From: Octopus vulgaris | Taxonomy: Eukaryota | Assembly: GCA_951406725.2 (NCBI GenBank) | Contig: OX597834.1 | Location: forward strand, 33,170,001-33,234,000 | Reading direction: 5' to 3' | DNA: 64,000 nt | Part shown: positions 51,812 through 64,000 of the stretch, in pieces | Layout: every line of letters begins with the position of its first letter | Position numbering within the stretch: the first letter of the stretch is position 1 | The notes under the pieces: model-generated | The model's input: only the letters and a program-made list of their open reading frames with translations | Databases searched by the model: none | Told to the model about the DNA's origin: nothing | Made by a program: the position numbers and the translations under genes

Positions 51812-53967
51812 GTATGTATGGCTTCTCTAATAACCACCATCTCTTCCACTGCCCCATGTCTCCATGTCACAACAACATGGAGACAGGTCTTGTGTGAGTT
51901 CAATCTCAAAGCTACCAATTACCAAAACAAATACACCATGGGTTTTCATCTTTCTCTTTTTCTCTGGCCACAGCTTTGAATCCAAAACTGGCATTGATTT
52001 TTTTTTAAAACCTTTTGTTCATAATGTATCTAGGACTACATTATGTAATGCAGTGGTTCCCAAAGTGGGAAGTACTGCCCTTGTAGGAGCGGAGGGGAAA
52101 GAACCAGGGGGGGGGTCACTGAAGGAAAGTGGGAGTGATAATGGAGTGGCCAAAATAACGGGTTAAGTTTTAATTAGGGAATACAGTTGTTTTGAATTTG
52201 TTGCAGAAAGTGATCCATGTTTGAGGTGGTGAGCCGGAGGGGGGGGGGGGGGATGTGACCCAAATGCCAAAGGAGCAGCTGCCGGAAGAATGTAAGGGAC
52301 CACTAATCCAATGCATAGTATAGTAATTAGTATTTACACCTATAATTATTGCTGTCCAGCCCCTGGCCAGTTCTGACCCTGTGAGCCTTTCATCGAATAT
52401 GTTCCAGCTGTGTCCATCCCATTTTTAAAATTCAGTCATAGTTTATCTGGGACTACACTTTCTGATGTATACCAGTCGGTTATATTAAGGTAGCAAATTG
52501 ACTGAATTGTTAATGCATTGGGCAAAAGGCTCTGCAGCATTTTGTCCATCTTTGTGTTCTGAGTTCAATTTCTGCCAAGGTCGTCTTTGCTTTATATCTG
52601 TTTCTGGGTCACTAAAATAAGTACCAGTTAACAACTAGGGTCAATACAATCGACAAGCTGCCTCCCCCGAAGTTGCTGGGTTTGTGCTAAATATGGAAAT
52701 CGATATACTATTTAGTAATTATTGACTGGAGTTACAGACCTGTTTAGCCCAGGTCAGTCCTGCTCCAGCAGACCATTAACCAAAAATGTTCCCACAGGAA
52801 TCATCTCCTTTTTTAACCAGACACATTGTATGTTGGACTTACATTATCTCGTATAGAGTAAAGCTTGGCCGCCTTATTTAATTGGGTGGGAGGCGAGAAA
52901 AATCTTTAAGCTCTGTAGCAGAGTTACCTCCCCTGAAAGAATTTGTCAAGTGGATATGAGTAGCCTCCCTTTACATTGACGTGGCACTGGTAGATTTTTG
53001 CATGTATACTTAATACATTAACTCTACATTTGTATACATATGGATGTGTGTGTGTGTGTGTGTGTGTGTCCCACTCGTTTATGCATAACATGTAGCAGAA
53101 TTTAACCCGGGATTATGTTTGTATCAGCATTGTCTCCTACTACTTATTTTTATTAATTCTTTTCAGGATCATAATTAAGATAAACCACCAGCCGAGGTTG
53201 ACTTTGCCTTTCGTCCTTTTGGGATCGATAAATTAAATACCAGTTGAACACTGGGGTCGATGTAATCGACTCATCCCCCACCTCCACTTGTGGCAAAAAT
53301 TTGAAATAATAATAATAATTATCATTATTATTATTTAGATGGTGAGCTGTCAGAATTGTAAACATGCCAGCAGAAATTTCGTCTGCGTTACGTTGAGAGT
53401 TCAAATTCCGCCAAGGTCGACTTTGCCTTTCATCCTTTCGGGGTCGATAAATTAAGTACCAGTTACGCACTGGGGTCGATGTAATCGACTTAATACCTAT
53501 GTCTGTCCTTGTTTGTCCCCTCTGTGGGTAATAAAGAAATAGGTATTTCATCCATTCTTATGTCCTGAGTTCAAATTCCGACTTTGCCTTTCATCTTTTT
53601 GGGGTCGATCAATAAAGTACCAGTGAAACACTGGGGGGTCGATGTAATTGACTAGACCCTTCCTCCAAAAACTTTCAGGCTTTGTGCCTTTTAGTAGAAA
53701 GGATTATTATTATTATTAATGACTCAAATTTTTAACACAAGGCCGACAATTTTGTGGGGAAGAAAAAAGTACTCTACTGGAATTGATTTTCTTAACCCCT
53801 GGAAGGATGCAAAGTTCACCTCGGCAGGATTAATGCTGTCTCTTGGAAGTTCTCAATATAAATAATATATTTTCATTTGATTTTGTAATAAAAGCCACAA
53901 AAAAAAAAAACTGCCATTGTATCCCTTTTTTGTTCTTCTGTTGAGTGTTTCCTTTCTGTATTTGCAG

Positions 53968-54084
53968 GTGTCCCAACTATCCCTGTCTTAAACAATCCAG
54001 TTGATGCAATGTCTGGGGCCAGTGGGGTTCCAGGCCAGATGCCTTTCTCCGCACCCTTAACATTTCCACCAGGTTCAGCATCAA
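53968..54084 (+). CDS. GORASP2: GRASP exon 9 (VPTIPVLNNPVDAMSGASGVPGQMPFSAPLTFPPGSAS)
   Basis: TTTGCAG acceptor, GTAGGT donor, 117 nt, phase 1-1, Pro-rich open frame. Confidence 0.82.
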
Positions 54085-54662
54085 GTAGGTCCTTACTTTT
54101 CTTCTCGTTGTTAAAGTTGTTGTTTAATCCCAGTGACTCAGTTTACCTTATGATTAAAAGTAGTCCAGCCATGACTACCCTTCATTGAATAAATATTGAA
54201 AAAAATTTTCAAAAAGCGCATTTGGCCAAATTTGAACATACGACAGTTTAACATAATAGCAAAGATATGTATGTGTGTATGATGAGCTTCTTTCAGTTTT
54301 GTGAGGCTTCGGTTAGCCCAGGGCTATACTAGAAAACACTTGCCCAAAGTGCCGTGCAGTGGGACTGAACCTGGAACCATGTGGTTTAGAAGCAAACTTC
54401 TTAACCACACACCCATATATATATATTGAACGCAAAAACACTATCCACAGAACAGTTTTTTTCTTAATAATAATAATAATAATAATTCTAGGCAATTCGA
54501 CCACCACAATAAATGGGTAAAACCAGTCATTTCGACTAATAGTATAAGTCATTAATCAGTTGGGGTGGGGGTTGGAATGTGATCAAAGTTACCTCTAAAT
54601 ACCTGAGCCCCTTCTGATCCTCCAGTCGTTTTATTGTCTGTCTGTCTGTCTCTCTTTTCCAG

Positions 54663-54842
54663 CTCTGCCACCCCCGACAGCCATGCTAAACTTACCAAAC
54701 TTTGCATCACTTCCTCCACTGACCACTCCAATATCTATACCTGGATTCCCAACCATACCCCCCACGTTCTCTACATCAGCAATCAACCCTGGAGTTGTCG
54801 GAGGGGCAGCTGCAGCTGGGGCAGGAACAATTGCAGCAGGAG
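54663..54842 (+). CDS. GORASP2: GRASP exon 10 (LPPPTAMLNLPNFASLPPLTTP...GTIAAG)
   Basis: TTTTCCAG acceptor, GTAAGT donor, 180 nt, phase 1-1, same frame as track ORF 54683. Confidence 0.87.
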
Positions 54843-55964
54843 GTAAGTCTCAATACCTTTATCTTTTACTTGTTTCAGTTACTTGACCACGGCCATGCTG
54901 GAGCATCGCCTTGGAGAATTTCAGTCAAAAAATCAACCCCACAACTTATTCTTTAAAGCTTTGTACTTATTTTGTCAGTCGCTTTAGCTGAACTGCTAAG
55001 TGACAGGGATGTAAACACACCAACACTGGTTGACAAGCACAAGGACACACACACACACACATGACAAGCTAAAATTACATTGATCCCCAAATAATTACTG
55101 GGGTAATTGATGTAATTGATTAGTCCCCTTCTCAAAACTTTCAGACCTTGTGCATATAAGAGAAAGCATTATTATTAAGTACCAGTTGTATACTGGGGTC
55201 AATTTAATCACTTCTCTCAAAAACTGATAGTGCTGTGTCTTCGCTTTACATCCACAGCCCCATCTGCAGCAGTTCTGTATCTGTTTGTGTTGTGATTGAT
55301 ATAAATATCTGCTATCACTCACGGAATTTACTGTTGCATCCAGCCATGCCAGTTTCATTGAATTTATTGTCCTCGTAGTGATGACAATTTACATAAACAG
55401 TGCATGCTTCTTGTATATAATTGCTGATCTCAGCTAGGATGATTACTGTCGGTGCAACCTAATTGCCCGATAAAAAGCCATTGTCACGGGGTTAAAAGAT
55501 TGGTGAGCTGGCAGAATCTTTACATTCTGAGTTCAAATACTGATGGGACCGTCTTTGCCTTTCATCCTCTTGGGGTCGGTAACATAAGTACTGGTAGAAC
55601 ACTGAGACCAATTTAACTTGGCCCCTCCCCAAAGCTGCAGGTCTTTGTGCCAAAATTTGTAATGATTATGATTAAGGCAGTGAACTGGCAAAATTGTTTC
55701 TGCATTAAACAGCATTTTCTGAGTTCAAATACCACCGAGGTAGACTTTGCCTTTCATTCTTTCAGAGTCAATAAAATCAGTACCAGTTATGTATTCGGGT
55801 CAATGTAATCAACCTGCCCCCTTCCCCATAATCGCTGGCCTTGTGCCAAAATTTGAAATCTTTATTATTAAAATCGTTATTATTATGATTAGGTTTTAAG
55901 AAAGTAGATGTCTTATTTTTAATTACCATTTGATTTTATTTTGTTACAATATTTAATATTTCAG

Positions 55965-56332
55965 CTACTGTGCCTCCTCTCACCACAGGAATGGTACCAC
56001 CACCCATGACTACTGGAATGATGGCACCTCCTGCTTTCAGCACAGGAATGGTTCCACCCCTAATTAGTTTACCAAATCTGTCAGCATCCATGATGCCTGC
56101 CAGCACAGTGCCAGCCAGCAGTATCTCCACAGCGCCCGGTATGACGTATTCCTCCATACCCGCGACACTGCCACCAGCCACAGCGGCAGCAACTACAGTG
56201 GCAAGCGAGGGAGCTAGTGAAGGTGTGTCGCTTCCACAAAGCAATGTATCTGTGCAGCCCCAAGCGGCAGAGCTGACTGCAGCACAGAGCAATGAACTGG
56301 AGGAGAAAAAGGGGGTGATGGCAGCTTCTTAA
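55965..56332 (+). CDS. GORASP2: GRASP terminal coding exon 11 (TVPPLTTGMVPP...EEKKGVMAAS*)
   Basis: TTTCAG acceptor, phase 1, open to TAA at 56330-56332, same frame as track ORF 55970. Confidence 0.88.
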
Positions 56333-57960
56333 CACCTGATCAAACGCGGCTAAAGTTTTTGAACCAAACAGTGGAAGGATGTAAAAATAAACAAAAAACA
56401 CACCTATATATATACACATATATATATATATATAAATAAATAGCAATTTGAAGAAAAAAAAAAAACTTGATCTTTTTATGGGCAAAACAAAAACACTTCA
56501 GTTGTTTGTTCAAAACTTTCAACTGTTTTATTGTTTTTTTTCTTTCTCTCCTGTTTTTATTTTTTTTCTCTTCTGTTATGTAAAAAAAGAGGAAAATTGT
56601 CTTTCAGAGAGAACAGCAATGAATTATTATTATTATTATTATTTTTTACTGCTGCTCTGACAGGAATTACACTACTTTTGCTCCTGTTTGTTGTCTTTAA
56701 TCTAAAATATTATTGTTTATCTTCAGTACACGTTTGCAATCCATCTTCTGTGGTGCTGATGGTTGCTGATGAGAGAAACTTTTATTCAGCTCTTTTTCTG
56801 TTTTTGAACAATTTTCCACTAAAAAAATTAATATTAATATTATCAGGGTGTAGAGAGGAGGGGGTGGGGGAGAAGCAGATATGGGGGTAGTTTGGACTTA
56901 CTGGATCCAATGATTATTTCAGAAAAATCTCCATGTGTAAATTCAATTTTAAAACTGATTTCAAGTCAAACAAACTAAAGCTGTTGGGTGGTTAATTTCC
57001 CAATCAACCCGAAATGTTTGTTTGATAGATATGAAGTTACTGCCGTGTTTCTTTAGCCAGCCATAACCAGTACAAATATTCTGGCCCTTAAAACTTTACA
57101 ACATTCTAAAAATAAACCATTGCATCAAAATCTCAAGGCTACGAGATATTGCATGATTGATTCAAATCAATGCAAATAAAATACGCAGTGACAGTGATCT
57201 GAATGCAAAATGGGTCAATATTATGCTTTTTTTAATGGGTGGGGGTTTGGGGGGGTGCAAGGATGCCACGAGAAAGCATTGAGATGTCTTTCTCAGTTTG
57301 TGTAGACATTTCCCATTTTTAGTCTGTTGCTCTGTAGATCTTTTTTTCAACTTGTAGAAGAAAAAAAAAACAATTGAAATATATTTCTAAAGGCGGTGCT
57401 CCAGCATGGCCGCAGTCAAATGACTGAAACAAGTATAGGAGTATATTTATATGAAACCTTTTAGTTCAAGATCGGGGGTGGGTGCTAGATTAAACTTTTA
57501 AAATGTTTTATATTACACAAACACAAGTGTGATCTGCCCATTTTTGCTGACCCCTGAACTGTTGGCCCTCCCTACCCCCTAGTGAGGGGCGAAGGCAACA
57601 CTTTTCATCATAGCAGCAAGTAATATGGTTCTGTTTTGTTTAAGAGGCAGGTTGTGTTTCCTAAACGGGATTTATTTTCTTCAAGCTGGGTTTGTTGTGA
57701 AATTCACTCAAAACAACGTGTACTACAGATGTGTATAGAAGATAAAACGGGAGCATAAATACATTCCTGCTTTAAAAATTTTTTGTTTTGGCTTCAGGAT
57801 ACATTTCAAATTTTCATGTAAAAAGGAAAAAAAGAGAGAAATCTTTAATAAATTCATTTTGTCATTCGCAAGTTTGTTTTCAAATTGTTTCAACCAAACA
57901 GGGAAAAAGTTGAAAGGAATATAAATAAATAAAACAAGAATTTAAAAAAACATACAATAG
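56333..57960 (+). other. Probable GRASP 3' UTR with candidate AATAAA signals (56386, 57847, about 57923)
   Basis: AT-rich and relatively transposon-poor after the stop codon. The true 3' end is unknown. Confidence 0.4.
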
Positions 57961-58699
57961 ATTTATTTCTGGTTTCATGTTATTCATAAATTATTATTTC
58001 ACATTGTGTCAAAATCATCTCTCTGCAAAAGAAAAAGGAGATAAAACAAAAAAAATTAAATAACTTTTCATATATCCAAGAATACATTGAAATTTTTGTT
58101 TAAAAAGATTGTTTTTTTTTTTTTCTTTTTCCAAGGTAACACCGAGTTTGACAAGATTTACTGCAGAATCTTTAACATTTTAGCATTTAAACTAAGCAGG
58201 TCCTACCTTTCACACCAACCCTACAATGTCATTCTAAAAATAAACAACCACATTATTGAAATCCCAAAGCTACGAGATAATGCAGGTGCCAGGTGTTGAG
58301 GGGCCAAAAGTATGACAGGGGGACAAGCATAGTTGTCTTGCTATACAGAAGATAACCTGGCTACCCAACATTATGCAAAAATGGGTGGGAGTAATTAAAA
58401 AGAAGACAACAATGATTGTGACAAGGTGACAGCATGTCATCTTAATATACTAGAAGGTGAGCATAAGATAGAATACAAGCAAAGAACTGAGAAGGGAGGG
58501 TGGATAAGATCATTAAAAGTGTGGGGCTAAAACCCAGGAAAGACATCAGACGCCGATCTCAAAAGGCTGAGCCTTACAAAAGGGGACAACATGAGTACAG
58601 CAATACACCATATAAGAACATGTGCCCACCACAACAGAACTGATGTCCTAAAACCAAGCTTTGGCATGGGTGCTGGTGCCATGTAAAAAAGCAACGCAG

Positions 58700-59070
58700 T
58701 AGTGGCTATGTGGTAAGTAGCTTGTTTACCAACCACATGGTTCCGGGTTCAGTCCCACTGCGTAGAACCTTGGGCCAGTGTCTTCTATAGCCTCTGGCCG
58801 ACCAAAGCCTTGTGAGTGGATTTGGTAGACGGAAACTGAAAGAAGCCCGTCATGTGTGTGCGTGTATGTTTGTGTTTGTCCCCCAAGCATTGCTTGACAA
58901 CTCATGCTAGTGTGTTTATGTCCCTGTCACTTAGCGGTTCAGCAAAAGAGTCCGATAGAATAAGTACTGGGCTTACAAAGAATAAGTCCCGTGGTCAAGT
59001 TGCTCGACTAAAGGCAGTGCTCCAGCATGGCCGCAGTCAAAATGACTGAAACAAGTAAAAAGAGAAAGAG
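58700..59070 (+). mobile_element. SINE family A copy
   Basis: Collinear with the copy at 34061. Confidence 0.87.
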
Positions 59071-62000
59071 TACCCTCTGTAAAGTGGTTGGCATTAAGAA
59101 GGGCATCCAGCTGTTGAAACCAAGCCAAATGGACATGAGATGATGATCAGAGCCTACTTAACACAGATGTATTGTTAGAACACCGTAATACTGCAGTATT
59201 CATCTTGAGAGAACACCTTATGTGCACAGAAATGTCAGAAGTAGATGAAATTTGTTCACAATTATGGTATTCTTACAAAACATCCATGTTAAATAGGATA
59301 TTAAGATTGTTATTTGGTGCTAAGATTGCTTCCACTGCTAATTATTAATTTTTACCCAGCCCACCAGTGCCTAATTAGTCAAGATATTTCTATATATTAT
59401 TAGCTGAAGCCAGGTTTGACCATCATACCTGCTGCTGACGAAGTACAAATATGCAGAAATCATGACAACGTTCACTGACTCCTGATGTTTCTGTACTTTT
59501 GAGTAGAAAACATTTGTATGAGATGCTCTCTCAGGATGGAGAATGCAGTTTCACAACATTCTTACAACACATCCACAATAAGTAAAATAATTTTTTAAAA
59601 AACTGACCTATATATATATATATCAATGTAAGATGCGGGGTTTTTTATGGCACTATGTATACTGAAAAGTTGTAAGTTTATTTTTCAAAGCATCAACATC
59701 ACAGAATCTCGCACAGACATTTTGAAAGAAGAAAAAATAATCTCTGTCGCTGTGACGGTGAAGATATTAACTTTTTTTAACAAGCAGTTTTATGAAGAGA
59801 GGAAGAGTTGCGTCCCTTAGATCAGCAAGCTAACACGCACACGCACACATTTGTCTATATCAAAGACGGGCTGTGTATAACGATATTGACCAGATTATTG
59901 GATGCTGTTACATATTGCTTGGCATTGTTTTAGCTTTCGAATGATGCCACACCACTGGCTGGACGAGCAGGCCATTGATTCCCTCTGATCGGAAAGCGAT
60001 TCTGTCGCAGGGTGACACGATTACAGCTGAGTGGACTGGAGTAATGTGTTGTTGAGCAAAAACACTTCATTTCACAAGGTGCTGCTTGATCTAGGAATTG
60101 AACCCACAATCTAGTGATCGTGAGTGCAACACCTTAACCACTAAGCTATGCGCCTTCACACACACACAAAACTCTGCCAGATCAGATTGGAGCCTGGCGC
60201 AGCCATCTGGTTCGCCAGTCCTCGGTCAAATTGTCAAACCCATGCTAGCATGGAAAGCGGACATTAAGTGATGATGATGATGAAAGACGGAAACTGAAAG
60301 AAGCCCATATATGTGTGTGTGATTGTCTCCCCAACATCGCTTGACAACAGATGCTGGTGTGTTTACATTCCCATAACTTAGTGGTTCGGCAAAAGAGACC
60401 AATAGAATAAGTACTAGGCTTACAAAGAATAAGTCCTGGGGTCGATCTACTCAACTAAAGACAGTGATCCAGCATGGCCATTCAAATGACAAACAAATAA
60501 AAGAATATATATATATATATCATTGTCATCATCATTTAATGTGTTTTCCATGCTGGCATGGGTGGAACAGTGGGACAAAATCAGACAAGCCAGAGGCTCC
60601 GACAGATTCTATCTCTGCTTTGATATGGTTTCTACAGCTGGGTGCCCTTCCTCACGCCAACCACTCAACAGGGTGGACCGAGTACACATTTGCATGGCAC
60701 CAGCACTGGTAAGGTCACCAGGAACCCGTAAGATAAGATCCCTCAACTGAGCAGGGTAACAGATTGGAGAAATGAGAAACTATGATGGAGGGAAAGGACC
60801 AAGTGTCTTGCTCAAGAGGTGAATACGTGGTTGGTAAGCAAGCTTCTGACCACACAGCCACATCTTGATGGCGTGCTCCTTACAGCAGTAAGAGTCTTTA
60901 ACCCTTATTTCTTGCAACCAGGGTGCTTAAGCAGACCCAGTCACAATTAGTGACAACAAACTTTTCTCTTTATTGCGCCTTAACTGTTTAAATTAAATTT
61001 GTGTGTGTGTGTGCATAATTCATTTTCTTATCACACACGACCAATTGTAATATGTCATAGATCAAAGCGACAAATCCTCTTAAACCTATTAAACACAATA
61101 GATGCCAGAAACGAGCATACTTTGGCCATATTTGCTGCCAGCTATTATTTAACATTATCAAATGTACAATTATGGCCCTTATGGACCCTAAGTATCTGAT
61201 GTATATGTCAGCATGAGAAAAAGAGAGAGTGTGTTTAGACAAAGAGCTGACAACATATGACAGTGAATGGCCCTTACCCAACCCCTACACCGTCTGCTGA
61301 CAATGGTGATGACAGTGACAAGTGTTTGTCAAGGAGGTCACCAGGGATTGTTGAAGTTGGGGGGGGGGGCCTCAAGTAGGAGGATATAACATCTGTCTTT
61401 AAGAAAGCTATGCAAGTTAACATTTTATTTTTTTGCATTATAATTCAAAGAACTCCGACCACCACAATATCAACCTACCCCTTCACTACACTATCCCCCC
61501 CCCCCGTCACATTACCATGACCCTGCAATGTATCTTTACTACACTAACCCTTTCGTTCTGCCCACCTCACTAGCTATATTAACCCCATGCTCTTAACCCC
61601 AAGATTCCAAGTTCGATTCCAGGCAGTGACCTGAATATCATCATCATCACCACCATCATCGTCATCGTGGAAAAATACCTTAGGAATGAGAACCCAGGTT
61701 TGAAATTTCCCCAAGACACCTGATGAAGGCTGTGGAGGATATATCAGCTGGAAAGTTGTCTTAACAATAAACAAGATGAGGACAAATATCCATCAAATGT
61801 AAATAATGTACATAGTTCCTCCTCTCTTAAATATGGAACTACAAAATATTTTGATAATTATTTGGGGGTTTTTTATGCCATTCCTAATAATATTTAATTA
61901 TAAAAGTACAATAGGACATCTTAAATATCTAATAGCTGTGAGGGTCCACCTGAATAAAATAGGTATCGAAGGGGTCCTTAGGCAAAAGAGAAAAATGATT

Positions 62001-62299
62001 GAGAATCACTGACTATACCCTATACTCATCTTTAGGCACCATGGTTAATGTCCATTTTTGCATGTTTAAATGGGTCTTTGCAATTTGTTAAGGAATATTA
62101 TTTATTACAGCCGGATGTCTTTCTTGTTTCCAAGGAAGGTAATAATGGGAAGACACAGAGGATTGGAAACAAACAACACCACTTGTATGACGGTGCAACT
62201 CATTTACAACTATCTCCTGACGTCAAGGCAAAGAGACACTAACACACACACACACACTTCATAATCTATGAACGTAAAGTGAAGAAGAAATTGACTGAC

Positions 62300-62372
62300 C
62301 AAATTGTTATACTCCAGTACTTGTTTTCTTATTTTCGATGTGTCTGTCCACGTGAGAAAATCTTCCATGTTT
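62300..62372 (-). CDS. Probable internal exon of an unidentified convergent gene (NMEDFLTWTDTSKIRKQVLEYNNL)
   Basis: On the minus strand: CTAAT branch-like motif, TTTTTTCATTTTGTTTCAG acceptor, 73-nt open non-repetitive frame (phase 2-0), GTCAGT donor. Confidence 0.55.
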
Positions 62373-64000
62373 CTGAAACAAAATGAAAAAATTAATTAGT
62401 TAATTAATTACTGACTGTTGCAGAAAAGAAAGTAGGGGAGAGAGAGAGAGAAAGGAAATAGGATGGCTTATGTCCTTTCAATGTTAGGGGGCTGCCAACC
62501 ATTGTAAACTTAATTCCATGTAGCTATAATATCTCAAGACCATTTATATTTGAGACAATCCGTCCTACATGATGACATATCATCACCATATGAGTGTGTA
62601 TGTGTATATCATGATCATTTAACGTCCGTTTTCCATGCTAGCATGGGTTGGACAGTTCAACCAGGGTCTGGGAAGCCAGGAGGCTGCACCAGGCTCCAGT
62701 CTGATCTGGCAGTGTTTCTACAGCTGGATGCCAACCACTCCAACAGTGTAGTGGGTGCTTTTGCGTGCCACCAGCAGAGGGGCCAGAGGAGGCTGGCAAT
62801 GGCCATGACCGGTTGGTGCTTTTTATATGCCACTGGCACGGAAGCCAGCCAAGGCAGTGCTGGCATCGGCCGCGTTCAGATGGTGCTTTTTACGTGCCAC
62901 CATCACAGGTGTCACAACTACAATTTCCATTTGATATATATATACACACACACAAATAAATATATACATATATATAAATATCATCATCATTTAACGTCCA
63001 CTTTTCCATGCTTGCATGGGTCAGAGGAGATTCACTGAGGCAGGTTTTTCCACTGCTGGACGCCCCTGCTGTCACCAACCCTCACTTACCTCCAAGCAAA
63101 CTAAATATTTCCCCATTGCTAGACATGTTCTTTCAGGGAAAGTCTCAAAATAAACAATAACAGTGTTTGTATGACGGTGATGCTTGGTTACAACCAAGAT
63201 GCAACGTCAAGACAAAGAGACATGCACACACACGCACACACACACGATGAACTCCATAATAAAAGCAAAACACTCGTCAGTTCTACAGTACTGCCTCTGC
63301 TTGCAGCAGTGGCTTGTTCCTTCGGTGCCAATTTAAGTCTAGCTGGACTGACCTTACACTACAATTCTGTTGACACCAACGATCTCTGGGTAAGTTCCTT
63401 AGCAAACATACCTCTCACCTACTCTCTCTCTCTCTCTCTCCCTGGAGGGTATGAAGGATGGATATACATAAGTAATTCTTACCTTGTTAACAGAAAAGCA
63501 GGGTCTTTGATCACTTCAGGACCAACTCTTATATCTAAGAAAAAAAATTAAGTCAAGGAACCAACTAATTCGAAAAAGATAAGGCAGCGCTTTGACGGAC
63601 ACCACAAATGTTACAATTCCAGTAGAACCTGTTACTTGGCAGTCAGCTGTTTCAATTGAAACCAAGACCAGCAACAATTTCAAGTTAACTTTACACTGAA
63701 GCAGCCACTTGTTGCATTAAACTCACTTCAGAACAAACAGGGATCAGGTTAAAGCTAGCAAACATACATACATGCTGCCCGTGTTAAATTGAGCAGTGCT
63801 CAATTAATCCAATCTACCCAACAAACAATGTTCAAATTAACCATATGTTGAATGCAACGTTCAAGTTAACCATAGCTATCCTACTTCAAGCAGTGCTCCA
63901 GTTAAATCTATCTCACTTCAACATGTGCTCAAGTTAAACCTACAAGTTGTGCTCAAGTTAAGCTTATCCCACCACAAGCAATGCTCAAAGTTAAACCTAT

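Noticed and set aside
55936-56485. Antisense ORFs over the last GRASP exon
   Set aside because: Shadow frames of a GC-richer coding exon with no independent support

Overview
Eukaryotic genomic DNA, AT-rich and very rich in microsatellites and SINEs. It is most likely from an octopus or other coleoid cephalopod, which I infer from the repeat landscape and have not proven. The window holds one complete protein-coding gene on the + strand: a GRASP55/GRASP65 (GORASP) orthologue with 11 coding exons from 12376 to 56332. All introns are GT-AG, the phases are consistent, and the 1431-nt CDS gives 476 aa (myristoylation motif, two GRASP PDZ domains, Pro/Thr/Ser-rich tail). There is a probable exon of a convergent minus-strand gene at 62300-62372. 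The rest is transposon debris: three tRNA-derived SINE families, RTE, CR1/L2 and R4/Dong-like LINE fragments, piggyBac-type MITEs with TTAA target sites, mariner relics and a Helentron/DINE-like element, often nested. The most striking unannotated signal is a dense set of type I hammerhead-ribozyme motifs (CUGANGA...GAAA...UH) of the kind found in Penelope-like elements. Five of them form long head-to-head palindromes in GRASP introns, three back-to-back in intron 6. One appears to form the tail of an element with a tRNA-like head. Almost all ORFs in the supplied track are microsatellite or repeat artefacts.
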